A stretch of 64,000 nucleotides of DNA from an uncultured Clostridium sp. (lineage in GTDB: Bacteria; Bacillota; Clostridia; TANB77; CAG-508). The translations under genes were made by a program, and so were the position numbers. The stretch covers positions 21,258 to 85,257 of the forward strand of contig CANPNZ010000004.1 in NCBI GenBank assembly GCA_947575605.1. Direction: 5' to 3'. The notes under the pieces are model-generated. The model saw nothing but the letters and a program-made list of their open reading frames with translations, did no database searches and had not been told where the DNA came from. Of the stretch, positions 17,471 through 27,048 are shown one piece after another (position 1 is the stretch's first letter; each line of letters begins with the position of its first letter).

Positions 17471-17575
17471 TATAATATACTTACTTTATTTATTCAAGTA
17501 TTATTTATATTTCTTAAAGTATTGTTTTCTTATATTAAACTACCATTTTGTGTAAAATGCTCAATAGGTGATAAT

Positions 17576-17917
17576 ATGAAAGAAAACAAAGAAAATTCCT
17601 TAAAAGTTATAGGTCAAAATATCAAGCGAATACGAGTATTGAAAAATCTCACACAAGAACAACTAGCAGAAAAGCTAGATAAAAGTATAAATTTCATTAG
17701 CTTAATTGAGAGGGGCGAAAGTGGTATCAGCATTTCTACTATTATAGATATATGTAATGCACTTCAAATCAACTCTGATGAACTATTTAATGGCTTAATA
17801 GATAAGCAAGTTATTACAGATGATGAGTTTATTACTAATTCCTTAAATATGTTCAACAGAGAAGATAAGAAAATTGTTAAGGGACTTATTGAATATATCA
17901 TTAACTCTAAAAAATAA
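17576..17917 (+). CDS. XRE-family helix-turn-helix transcriptional regulator
   Basis: IGQNIKRIRVLKNLTQEQLAEKLDKSINFISLIERGESGISISTI is a classic Cro/C1 HTH. ATG at 17576 with AGGTGA. Confidence 0.85.
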   Translation: MKENKENSLKVIGQNIKRIRVLKNLTQEQLAEKLDKSINFISLIERGESGISISTIIDICNALQINSDELFNGLIDKQVITDDEFITNSLNMFNREDKKIVKGLIEYIINSKK

Positions 17918-17919
17918 TG

Positions 17920-18186
17920 CTATTGTTCTATATTGTCTAAATTGAAATTACATAGCTTTATTCCTAACGATAACCCTCTAAAAAACATTTGCTTGTCTAT
18001 ATCATTATCTAATTCGTGTGCAAGACTGCATAATTCATCTAAACTATCAAGATTTTGATTTTCTAGGTGTTCTATGAAGTCTTGTTTTGCTTTCTCTAGT
18101 TTTTCTAGGTCTTGCTTGTATTTTTTAGTAGTTGGTTCTTCTAATACTATGTCATATAAATTTAAGATAATTTCATTATCAGTCAT
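17920..18186 (-). CDS. hypothetical small acidic helical protein (island)
   Basis: 88-aa ORF with RBS AAAGGAG, convergent with the XRE gene. Confidence 0.5.
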   Translation of the reverse strand: MTDNEIILNLYDIVLEEPTTKKYKQDLEKLEKAKQDFIEHLENQNLDSLDELCSLAHELDNDIDKQMFFRGLSLGIKLCNFNLDNIEQ

Positions 18187-18349
18187 AATTTGCTCCTTTC
18201 CGTATTTTATTATGTAGCCTACACTCTAATAATAACTTAATTTGTCAAAAAATGAAATTCACCTTCTAAAATCTAAAAAATTTTTAATCTCTGTAAGTAT
18301 TGAGAAATCAACAAAAAGTTGATATGAAAAAATTTTTATGAAAAAAGTA

Positions 18350-18378
18350 TTGACGTGTATGTAAATTTATGATAATAT
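18350..18378 (+). promoter_or_regulatory. sigma-A promoter with extended -10 upstream of the HsdS-like gene
   Basis: TTGACG (18350-18355), 17-nt spacer containing TG, TAATAT (18373-18378). Confidence 0.5.
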
Positions 18379-18414
18379 GTATGTAAAATTAAATGTAAAG
18401 GAAAGGAAAAATAC

Positions 18415-18999
18415 ATGGATACTATGAAATTAGGAGAGATTTGCAAAATTTCCCGTGGGTTTAACTATGCTAGAAGTGAAGTTTGCAAAGAAAAATTTAA
18501 TTATTATTCAGCACCACAAATAGGGTATAAAAATGTTGATGAGGAAGGCTCATTTGAAGAAAGTGAAGAAATGATTTTGATTAGAAAAGAAACTGCTGAT
18601 AGATATTGGGTTAAAAGAAACGATATAATTTTACCACCAACAACTAAAAGTCCTCCTCGTGCAAAAGGAATTGCTAGTTATTTACCAGATGAGGAAGAAT
18701 TAAAAAAACTCATATACTCACAAAATGTTGTATTTATTAGATTAGAAGAAAATGCACCAATTACAAGTCTTGAATTGATTACACTACTAAATACAAAAAA
18801 GATACAAAAATCATTACTAGAAAAAGTTTACACGGATTCAGAAATAAAGTCAATTTCACTTGAAAAATTGAAAAACTTTGAAATACCAATATTAAGTGAT
18901 AGGCAAAAGAAAATTTTAACTAGATATATTGAAATTGATAAGAAATTTCATCAAGCTAAAAGAACATTAGAAGAAGAATTTTGGGAAGAAGATTTTTAA
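18415..18999 (+). CDS. half-size type I restriction-modification specificity (HsdS)-like protein, single target-recognition domain, orphan
   Basis: N-terminus KLGEICKISRG resembles an HsdS TRD start. C-terminal helical conserved-region-like segment. No hsdM or hsdR in the window. Confidence 0.5.
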   Translation: MDTMKLGEICKISRGFNYARSEVCKEKFNYYSAPQIGYKNVDEEGSFEESEEMILIRKETADRYWVKRNDIILPPTTKSPPRAKGIASYLPDEEELKKLIYSQNVVFIRLEENAPITSLELITLLNTKKIQKSLLEKVYTDSEIKSISLEKLKNFEIPILSDRQKKILTRYIEIDKKFHQAKRTLEEEFWEEDF

Positions 19000-19114
19000 T
19001 AATAAAAAAGCAAGAATTGCTGGAACAACCCTTGCTTTAACAATTTAATATAACTATGCTATGAAAGTATATACTAAACTCTAACTAATTTTATTATATA
19101 CCTTCGTTGCATAG

Positions 19115-19154
19115 TCTGTCAAGTATGGCTTTTTGTTATACTGACAGATTTTTT
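19115..19154 (+). terminator. hairpin plus T-run downstream of the HsdS-like gene (terminator, or a candidate Rep origin hairpin)
   Basis: TCTGTCAAGTAT/ATACTGACAGA stem with one bulge, 11-nt loop, TTTTTT tail, 120 nt upstream of rep. Confidence 0.45.
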
Positions 19155-19274
19155 AATGGAGGTTATTTTTTATGTTTGTAAATGAAAAATTAAGAAGATA
19201 TATTCAAGAATTAGTAGAGTTAGTTGCTAACTCAAAATACTTCCCTATGAAATTTTACATAGGAGGTGATTATT

Positions 19275-20153
19275 ATGACAGAAAAAGAAGAAAATAAACC
19301 AGTTTATTACTGCATACCTAACAAAACACTCAAACTTGATGACTGCGATAGTGTATCTTTCTTTGAGTTCCCTACTCACATTGAATCAACCAGTCGAACA
19401 TATACTCGACACTTTAGGACAAAAAAAGAGATACAAAATGAGTTGAACTACTGGAAGAAAAGAAAGAGATATGCACTTAATGAAGAACAAGAAAAAGAAA
19501 TTGCTGAAAAGATTATAGCACTTGAAAAAGAACTACAAGAAAGAAAGCAAATTCACAAACCAAGAAAGAAAACAGCAACAACAAGAATTACAAATATAAC
19601 CAGTTTAGAACGCTCAAAAAAGAGATTAGTACATTTACTATATAACAACTTTGCTGTCCCTTTCGCACTGCATATTACACTGACATACGCAAAGAAAAAA
19701 TATTCATATTCTACTGTGTGCAAAGACTTTAGTAAATTTAGAAAAAAGCTGTGCTATCGATTTAAAAAGGTGGCTTTTATAGCTATTTATGAACCTCACG
19801 AAGACAGTTCTTGGCACATACACTTGATACTGAAAAACTGCAAAGGAGTCAAAAGAGTATTACTGGAAAACTTATGGCAAAAAGGTAGAGTGGATTTGGA
19901 AAGGTTCAATGTTGAAGCGAGTCCTTATTTCTGTAAATCTGAAAGGCTTGAAAGTTATCCAGTAAATGCACGATTATACACCAAAAGCAAAAATGTTAGA
20001 CCTCCCGTTGAGCAAAAAACAGATATACAAAGCTTTAAACGAAAAGTAAATGGAATGAACTGTATATCTCAAGAGGGCAAACGATTAGTTGTCGAAGAAA
20101 AAGGTAAAAAGAGAGTTCTTAACAACTTTTTATTCCAAAAATACACAAAGTAA
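19275..20153 (+). CDS. HUH-type rolling-circle replication initiator (Rep)
   Basis: ALHITLTY (motif 1-like), SWHIHLILK (HUH), downstream Tyr candidates (SPYFCKSE / RLYTKSK). ATG at 19275 after AGGAGG. Confidence 0.65.
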   Translation: MTEKEENKPVYYCIPNKTLKLDDCDSVSFFEFPTHIESTSRTYTRHFRTKKEIQNELNYWKKRKRYALNEEQEKEIAEKIIALEKELQERKQIHKPRKKTATTRITNITSLERSKKRLVHLLYNNFAVPFALHITLTYAKKKYSYSTVCKDFSKFRKKLCYRFKKVAFIAIYEPHEDSSWHIHLILKNCKGVKRVLLENLWQKGRVDLERFNVEASPYFCKSERLESYPVNARLYTKSKNVRPPVEQKTDIQSFKRKVNGMNCISQEGKRLVVEEKGKKRVLNNFLFQKYTK

Positions 20154-20201
20154 ATGACAAAATTAAACAAGATTAAATAAAAAGAAAAGAGGTAATGAAA
20201 T

Positions 20202-20555
20202 ATGGTAGAGATAAAAACAAATCTTGGTCAAGCGGGAGAATACGAATTAAAGACATTCAAAAATAAACTTAAAAAGATAAAAAAGGACTTGGGAATATCG
20301 CAAGATACAAGTTTGAAAGATAATAATATAATAAAAAGAAAAGAAGAATTAATGATACTTTCATATATAATAAATCAAACTATTTTGTATGGTTTATCTA
20401 TTAACTGGTTTTGTGAAGAAGATTCTGATTATATATATGACGAATTATCAAACATATCAGAGAGAATATCAAAAGTAGATAGTAACTTAACAGATATATA
20501 TACAACAATAATGAAATCTATTAATAATAATAATTGTGCATTAAAACAAAATTAA
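20202..20555 (+). CDS. hypothetical protein (island)
   Basis: 117-aa ORF with RBS AAGAGG. No recognisable motif. Confidence 0.45.
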   Translation: MVEIKTNLGQAGEYELKTFKNKLKKIKKDLGISQDTSLKDNNIIKRKEELMILSYIINQTILYGLSINWFCEEDSDYIYDELSNISERISKVDSNLTDIYTTIMKSINNNNCALKQN

Positions 20556-20578
20556 GTAAAAAGAAAGGAAGAAAAATT

Positions 20579-20929
20579 ATGGTAACTTTAAGTGAAAAAG
20601 AAAGAGAAAATGAAGTAAAGAAATTTGATAGGAAAATCAAGAGAATTACACAAAATTCAAATGTAAATTGCGATGTATCTGCACAAGAAAAATACATCGT
20701 AGAAAAGAAAAGAAACATATTGGAATTGAACAATTACATACGTATATTTCACAATGCAGTAGAAAGAGGACCTTATAATCCATTTATTCCTATTGTAGAA
20801 AGAAATGCTATATTAAGAAATTTGTATAAGATAACTAGTAAATTATACTCCATAGATTATTCACTAGAAGATGAGTATAAGGCGTCTATACTAGCACATC
20901 AATGGATAGAAAGTAATAAAAATAGTTAG
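20579..20929 (+). CDS. hypothetical protein (island)
   Basis: ATG at 20579 after AAAGGAAG; 116 aa. Confidence 0.45.
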   Translation: MVTLSEKERENEVKKFDRKIKRITQNSNVNCDVSAQEKYIVEKKRNILELNNYIRIFHNAVERGPYNPFIPIVERNAILRNLYKITSKLYSIDYSLEDEYKASILAHQWIESNKNS

Positions 20930-20967
20930 GAAAAACAAAATCACTAATATAAATTGGAGGTGCTATT

Positions 20968-21117
20968 ATGCAAAGTGATGAACAAGAAAATCTACAAGAA
21001 TTATATTCAAGTGAAGATGAAATGATTATGACAGAAGATATAGAAAACCTACTAAATGAGTGGTTAAATGAATTTGAAACACAACAACAAGAAGATACAA
21101 CAAGCAAGTTTCCTTAA
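20968..21117 (+). CDS. hypothetical small acidic protein (49 aa, below the ORF-track cutoff)
   Basis: ATG preceded by TGGAGGTG. MQSDEQENLQELYSSEDEMIMTEDIENLLNEWLNEFETQQQEDTTSKFP. Confidence 0.4.
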   Translation: MQSDEQENLQELYSSEDEMIMTEDIENLLNEWLNEFETQQQEDTTSKFP

Positions 21118-21237
21118 TGGTATTAAAGAACATTGGTAGGTAAAGTAAAAATGCTTGGACTATGTATTATTACTTAAATATATAGTTCAAGCTAAATATT
21201 AAACAAAATTTCTAAAATAAGAAGGTGAATTAGTGTT

Positions 21238-21495
21238 ATGAGCGAAGTTAATTTATTAGAGGAAGAACTTTTACTTGATGACAAACAAGTTGAAATGTTA
21301 GCCTTTGCTATTAAACCAGAAGATATTAAAAATTATATCAATGAACATAAAGAAGAATATAGACCTTGGTTATTCAGTGAGTATTTTACAGAGCTTAACA
21401 GAAAATATAACTTAATTACTCAAGATTTTATTAGTAAAATGTATGAGTCAATAAGAGAACCATACACGAATCTAAAACTAATGTTAAAAAAATAA
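21238..21495 (+). CDS. hypothetical protein (island)
   Basis: 85-aa ORF with RBS AAGGTG, immediately upstream of the recombinase. Confidence 0.45.
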   Translation: MSEVNLLEEELLLDDKQVEMLAFAIKPEDIKNYINEHKEEYRPWLFSEYFTELNRKYNLITQDFISKMYESIREPYTNLKLMLKK

Positions 21496-21518
21496 ATATG
21501 AAAAGGAGATAATGAAAA

Positions 21519-23065
21519 ATGGAAGATATATGTGCATATTACCGTTATAGTTCAAAAAAACGTCAAAATGAAACTTCAATAACTGCTCAGAGGAAAATTT
21601 GTGAAGAGTGGGCAAGAGCTAATAATTACAATATTGTTAGAGAGTATGTAGATGAAGGTATTAGTGGAAAAGATAGTAATTCTCGACCACAGTTTATGAA
21701 AATGATAGAAGATAGTTCAAAAGGAATTTTCAAGAAAATAGTAGTTTACCAATTAGACAGATTTGCACGTAATCGTTATGATAGTGCTAATTATAAAGCT
21801 AAACTAAAAAAGAATGGTGTTAAAGTTCTTTCTGCAAAAGAAAATATTTCTGATGACGCTTCTCGGAATTTTAGTAGAAAGTGTGCTTGAAGGTATGGCT
21901 GAATATTACTCTGCTGAATTATCACAGAAAGTAAATAGAAATATGCTACTAAATGCAGAGAGAGGACAATTTAACGGTGGAAAACCACCACTTGGCTATA
22001 AATTAGAAATACAAGACTTTGGAAACTACAAGAAAAAGAAACTTGTCATTGATGAAAATACAGCACCTATCGTTCAAGCAATATTTAAAATGAGAGCAAA
22101 CGATATTCCAGTTGTAGAAATTATAGATTTTCTTAACAAGAATGGGTATAAGACAGGAAAAGGTACCAAATTCAATAAAAATTCACTACAAAACTTATTC
22201 AAAAATAAGAAATACATAGGAACAAATACCTTTGGCGAAAAAGAATTTCCTAATACGATACCAGCTATAATTGACATTGAAACTTTTAACAAAGTTCAAG
22301 AAGTTAGAGAAAAATACAAACATGCTCCGGGAATTAGAAAAGCAGAAGATAGATACCTACTAACTGGAAAACTATTCTGTGGAAAGTGTGGTAGCAACTA
22401 TGTGGGGGTATCACGGAAACTCTAAATGTTCAAATACATATAGATATTATAGATGTACTAAAAGAAATGAAAAGGGTTGCAAGAATAGAACTATACCCAA
22501 AGAAATAATTGAAGACAAAGTAATAAGAAAACTAAAATCTTTGTTAACGGAAAAGAACATTGAAAAGATAAGTAAGAAAATATATGATACTTGTCAAAAG
22601 GAAAATAACTCTAATGTAGTGATTAAAAACCTAGAAAAGAAAGAGAAACAACTTCACAAGAAAATAGATAACTTAATGGAAGCATTAGAAAATGGACAAC
22701 ATATAGATATGATAAGTCAAAGAATTACACAAAATGAAAAAGAACTTGAAGAAACACAAAGTCAATTTTTACTAGAAATGGCAAAAATATTCAAACTTTC
22801 TGAAAAAGAAATCAAATTTTTCTTGACCAGACTACAAGATGGTGATATACTAGACAATAGTTACAGAAAAGTGCTAGTTGATATGCTAGTTAATTCAATA
22901 CTTGTTTATGACAATGAATTAGTAGTAATCTGTAATGTTGGAAACAAGCCAATATCTTTAACTATTGACTTGATTGAAGATATAGAAAGTAATTTAGTAA
23001 CTGAACCTTTTACGTTTGTAAAACGGTTCGGTTCACCAAAGATTAAAGGAGACATTTATAAGTAA
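21519..23065 (+). pseudogene. large serine recombinase, interrupted by two +1 frame breaks, both at in-frame CGG (21864 and 22414)
   Basis: Catalytic YYRYSSKKRQ...VVYQLDRFARN, then ...DDAS|GILVESVLEGMAEYYS. Recombinase domain and zinc ribbon CGKCGSNYVGVS|GNSKCSNTYRYYRC. Coiled-coil C-terminus. Three track ORFs join cleanly. Confidence 0.85.
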
Positions 23066-23167
23066 TTGCTAAATAAATATTAGAAATTAAAAGGGAGTAG
23101 CTTTTTATTACTAATCAACAGTCGCGATATGAAAATATCTGGTTAGTAAGACTATAATAGTTAAGCG

Positions 23168-23285
23168 AGACTTTTAAAAAGAATCCTAGAGATTCTTTTT
23201 AAAAGTCTTATTTATATGATAGGAAAGTTCTCCAAACTTTCTATCATATAAACATTTTGTACACAAATTTGCTAAAGCAAATTTG
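23168..23285. other. three consecutive palindromic hairpins at the right flank of the island
   Basis: 18-bp perfect stem 23168-23208, 16-bp stem with one bulge 23213-23250, 9-bp stem 23264-23285. Confidence 0.7.
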
Positions 23286-23417
23286 CTACACGAACAAAAA
23301 TGGGACATCTAAGTTTATTTAAAAGGTTAAGAAAATTTAATCATGCCCCTTTTGTTCTTAATATTTAGTTATAAAAGTTTAAAAAATGTAAAAAATAAAA
23401 ATAAAGGAGTGGAAAAC

Positions 23418-26141
23418 ATGGAAAACAACAAATGGTTCAACCAAGAAATTGAGGAAGTAGAGAAAAAACTACAAACCAATCAAGAGAAAGGATTAGAAAC
23501 AGAAGAAGTCAAAAAAAGGCAAGAAAAATATGGATTAAATCAATTAAAAGCAGGTAAAAAGAAAACATTAGTACAAAGATTTGCCGATCAATTCAAAGAC
23601 TTTTCGATTATTGTCTTAATCATAGCAGCTATTGTATCAGGAGCAGTTGGAATTGCTGAAGGAGAAGGAATTACCGATACCATTATTATTTTAATAGTAG
23701 TTATCGTAAATGCTGTAATAGGGGTAACACAAGAATCCAAAGCAGAAAAATCGTTAGAAGCCTTGCAAAAATTAACAGACCATGCTTCCAAAGTTATAAG
23801 AAATGGGGAAGTTATTGTTATACCAGCTAAAGAATTAGTACCAGGAGATATTGTAGTATTAGATACAGGAGACTATATTCCAGCCGATTTAAGAATCATA
23901 GAAGCAGTCAACTTGAAATCACAAGAAGCATCGCTAACAGGGGAATCTGTACCAGTTGAAAAATCCATTCAAAAGATTGAAGGAGAAGAAATTGGGATTG
24001 GTGATCGTGTTAATATGTTATTCTCTTCTAGTTTAGTTACTTATGGGAGAGGAAAAGGAATTGTAGTAGAAACAGGAATGACAACAGAAGTGGGAAAAAT
24101 TGCAGGAATGATTAATAATACTGAAAAACAGGAAACACCATTACAACAAAAATTAAATAAATTAGGAAAAACATTAGGAATCGCAGCATTAGCCATTTGT
24201 GCTTTCATTTTTGTTGTTGGATTACTACAAGGAAAAGAACCAATCCATATGTTTATGACAGCTGTAAGTCTTGCCGTTGCAGCCATTCCAGAAGGATTAG
24301 TTGCTGTATCTACTATTGTTTTAGCCATTGGCGTACAAAAAATGGTGAAAAAGAATGCTATTGTAAAAAGATTACCTGCGGTGGAAACCTTAGGAAGTGC
24401 AACGGTAATTTGTTCGGATAAAACAGGAACTTTAACACAAAACAAAATGACAGTTGAAAAAATATTTATAAATGGTAAAACAGAAGATTTAGAAAGTATA
24501 AAAGAAATCAATGATGATATCAACAAATTGGTATATGCTAATATGTTATGTAATGATACCAAAATAGCAAACGATGGAACCTTAACAGGAGATCCAACCG
24601 AAACAGCGTTAGTCGATATGGCATTTAAATTAGATTTTGACCCAAGTATTTATGATAGAACCCCACGTTTAAATGAGATACCATTTGATTCTGATAGAAA
24701 GTTAATGACTACTATAAATGAACAAAATGGCAAATATATCGTTTATACCAAAGGAGGAGTTGACGAATTATTAAAAAGATGTCATTCTTATCTATTAAAA
24801 GGAGAAATTAAGCAAGACTTACAAAATTATGCGATTACCATTCAAAACCATAACGAAGAGATGGCAAAAGAAGCACTAAGAGTATTGGCATGTGCTTATA
24901 AAGAAATCGACCATAAGCCGAGTCAAGAAGAAATAGAAAACATGGAAAAAGATTTGACATTTATTGGCATGGTAGGAATGATTGACCCACCAAGAGAAGA
25001 AGCAAAAGTAGCAGTAGAAAAATGTAAAACAGCTGGTATTAAAACGGTAATGATAACAGGAGATCATAAAATTACAGCAACAGCGATTGCCAAAAAATTA
25101 GGTATTTTAGAAAAAGAAGAAGAAGCCATTACAGGATTAGAACTAGAGAAAATGTCAGATGAAGAATTAGAAAAGAAAGTTAGACAATATGCTGTCTATG
25201 CCAGAGTATCACCAGAACATAAAGTAAGAATTGTAAAAGCGTGGCAAAAAAATGGAGAAATTGTTGCCATGACAGGTGATGGTGTAAATGATAGCCCAGC
25301 CTTAAAAAAATCAGATATTGGCTGTGCGATGGGAATGGTAGGAACCGATGTAGCCAAAGAAGCAGCTGATGTTATTTTAACTGATGATAACTTTGCAACT
25401 ATTGTATCAGCCGTTGAAGAAGGAAGAAGAATTTATGACAATATACTAAAAGTAATTCAATTCTTGTTATCAAGTAATGTAGGAGAAATTGTAGTATTAT
25501 TTTTAGCCACTCTTTGTACGCCATTATTTGCTACTTGGTTTGGCGTTACTGATAGCTCTCATTTGGAAATTTTATTGCCAATTCACATTTTGTGGATTAA
25601 TTTAGTAACAGATTCCCTTCCAGCCTTAGCCTTAGCTTTTGACTCAGCTAATAGCGATATTATGAAACGAAAACCAGCTAAACCAGGTAAAGGCGTATTT
25701 ACGAAAGGAATGACTTGGCGCGTGATTTATCAAGGAACGATGATAGGATTTTTAACACTGGCAGCCTTCATGATTGGTTTAGCAACAACAAACACACCAA
25801 TTGATGGATTAACTTTAGATGAATCAAAAATAGAAGTGGGGCAAACGATGGCTTTTGTAACACTAGCTTTATCTGAATTAGTACATGTATTTAATGTAAG
25901 AGATAATAAAAAATCATTGTTCAAAACCAAAGTATTTAATAATACAAAATTAATTTGGGCGATTGTAGCATCTGCCGCTTTAATGTTTGTTATTCTAGCA
26001 ATACCAGCTTTACGAACGATATTTAGCATACCAATACTTCCAACTGCTAATATCATAGAATTAGTGTGCTTGATTTTTGCTCCTCTTGTGATTGTTGAGT
26101 TCTTTAAGTTATGCAAACTTAATACAACAAAAGATGAATAA
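23418..26141 (+). CDS. calcium-translocating P-type ATPase (P2A/P2B type)
   Basis: ICSDKTGTLTQN, MITGDHKITA, TGDGVNDSPALKKSDIG, 10-TM architecture. ATG at 23418 after AAAGGAG. Confidence 0.9.
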   Translation: MENNKWFNQEIEEVEKKLQTNQEKGLETEEVKKRQEKYGLNQLKAGKKKTLVQRFADQFKDFSIIVLIIAAIVSGAVGIAEGEGITDTIIILIVVIVNAVIGVTQESKAEKSLEALQKLTDHASKVIRNGEVIVIPAKELVPGDIVVLDTGDYIPADLRIIEAVNLKSQEASLTGESVPVEKSIQKIEGEEIGIGDRVNMLFSSSLVTYGRGKGIVVETGMTTEVGKIAGMINNTEKQETPLQQKLNKLGKTLGIAALAICAFIFVVGLLQGKEPIHMFMTAVSLAVAAIPEGLVAVSTIVLAIGVQKMVKKNAIVKRLPAVETLGSATVICSDKTGTLTQNKMTVEKIFINGKTEDLESIKEINDDINKLVYANMLCNDTKIANDGTLTGDPTETALVDMAFKLDFDPSIYDRTPRLNEIPFDSDRKLMTTINEQNGKYIVYTKGGVDELLKRCHSYLLKGEIKQDLQNYAITIQNHNEEMAKEALRVLACAYKEIDHKPSQEEIENMEKDLTFIGMVGMIDPPREEAKVAVEKCKTAGIKTVMITGDHKITATAIAKKLGILEKEEEAITGLELEKMSDEELEKKVRQYAVYARVSPEHKVRIVKAWQKNGEIVAMTGDGVNDSPALKKSDIGCAMGMVGTDVAKEAADVILTDDNFATIVSAVEEGRRIYDNILKVIQFLLSSNVGEIVVLFLATLCTPLFATWFGVTDSSHLEILLPIHILWINLVTDSLPALALAFDSANSDIMKRKPAKPGKGVFTKGMTWRVIYQGTMIGFLTLAAFMIGLATTNTPIDGLTLDESKIEVGQTMAFVTLALSELVHVFNVRDNKKSLFKTKVFNNTKLIWAIVASAALMFVILAIPALRTIFSIPILPTANIIELVCLIFAPLVIVEFFKLCKLNTTKDE

Positions 26142-26263
26142 AAATATTACAATTTAATGACAATCATTCAAGAAATGAGAATTGTATACTATAATAACAA
26201 AAAGAAAAAAATTAATGAGTTTATAGGAGGAATAGGTATGTTAAAAAATCTTGTATTACTTAT

Positions 26264-26524
26264 TTGGTTTTTATTTTTATAATGATTAGTTTATTTAGTA
26301 CGATGTGTTATGCTGCACCACTAGAAATAACAGCTTCTTCTTGTAATTTAGTAGGAACATTAAGTATTAATATAGATGCAGACTTTACACAGATAAAGGG
26401 ATATGCAGAAAAGTTGTTACCAGAAATGCCAGAAATACCAGAGCTACCTAAAGTACCAGAAAAACCTTCTGATAACTCTGAGAAAACTAGTAATGATAAA
26501 ATAGATAATACTACTTGTGATTAA
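26264..26524 (+). CDS. small secreted protein; the upstream ATG at 26238 with a strong RBS is out of frame by one T
   Basis: Signal-like VFIFIMISLFSTMCYA|AP. A repeated PE(I/L)P motif. See the finding at 26238. Confidence 0.45.
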   Translation: MVFIFIMISLFSTMCYAAPLEITASSCNLVGTLSINIDADFTQIKGYAEKLLPEMPEIPELPKVPEKPSDNSEKTSNDKIDNTTCD

Positions 26525-26563
26525 AATGAAAAAGTATAAAGATGTAAAATAGAAGTAAAAAAG

Positions 26564-26589
26564 TAGCAACAGAATTTGTTGCTATTTTT
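26564..26589 (+). terminator. intrinsic terminator
   Basis: TAGCAACA/TGTTGCTA stem, 5-nt loop, TTTTT tail. Confidence 0.6.
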
Positions 26590-26643
26590 CTATAATTGTG
26601 ATAATATAATGCTATAAAATGGAAAAACGAATAAGGAGAAAAA

Positions 26644-27048
26644 ATGGAAAAACCATCTTTATTAGAAAAAAGAGAATTTTATCAGAAAAATAAAGGTAAA
26701 TTAAGTAATATCATACAAGAAAAAATAGAAAGAGCATTTAACATAGACTATACCTATCATTCTACTACCATAGAAGGAAACACCTTATCATTAATTGAAA
26801 CAAAAGCAGTATTAGAAGATAAAATAGCCATTGGAGGAAAAAGCCTGCGAGAAATTTACGAAGTAGCCAATCATAGTAAAGCTTATAACTATATCAAAGA
26901 ATGTATCGAAAAAAAAGAGAAGCTAACAGAAGAAAAAATTAAAAATATACAACTATTCACGCAAATGATTGAAATACTAGAAGAAAAAAGGCTAGATGAG
27001 ATAAATACCATCATAAAGCAAGAAATGGAAGGAGGACAAACTAGATGA
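26644..27048 (+). pseudogene. Fic-family protein remnant (N-terminal part only; catalytic HxFx(D/E)GNGR region missing)
   Basis: YTYHSTTIEGNTLSLIETKAVLED...GGKSLREIYEVANH matches Fic N-terminal regions. The ORF ends after 134 aa and overlaps the metG ATG (ATGA). Confidence 0.6.

Noticed and set aside
19172-19297. 41-codon ORF (MFVNEKLRRYIQELVELVANSKYF...) overlapping the rep start
   Set aside because: It has a plausible RBS, but it is very short, overlaps the rep RBS and start, and has no recognisable motif. It cannot be supported from sequence alone.
22401-22409. Slippage in the GGGGG run as the cause of the second recombinase frame break
   Set aside because: Removing a G also restores the frame (..YVGYHGNSK..). 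However, shifting at the CGG 8 nt downstream gives ..YVGVSGNSKCSNTYRYYRC. That fits the G-x-S-G-x-S spacing I recall for this zinc-ribbon region and matches the other four CGG sites. It is kept as an alternative to test.
24041-24562. 173-aa minus-strand ORF inside the P-type ATPase gene
   Set aside because: It is antisense to a gene with all P-type ATPase motifs. It is hydrophobic low-complexity sequence with no start context.
26525-27044. T-box or other leader upstream of metG
   Set aside because: The space is filled by the Fic-remnant ORF, which overlaps the metG ATG. I recognised no specifier or antiterminator-like structure.
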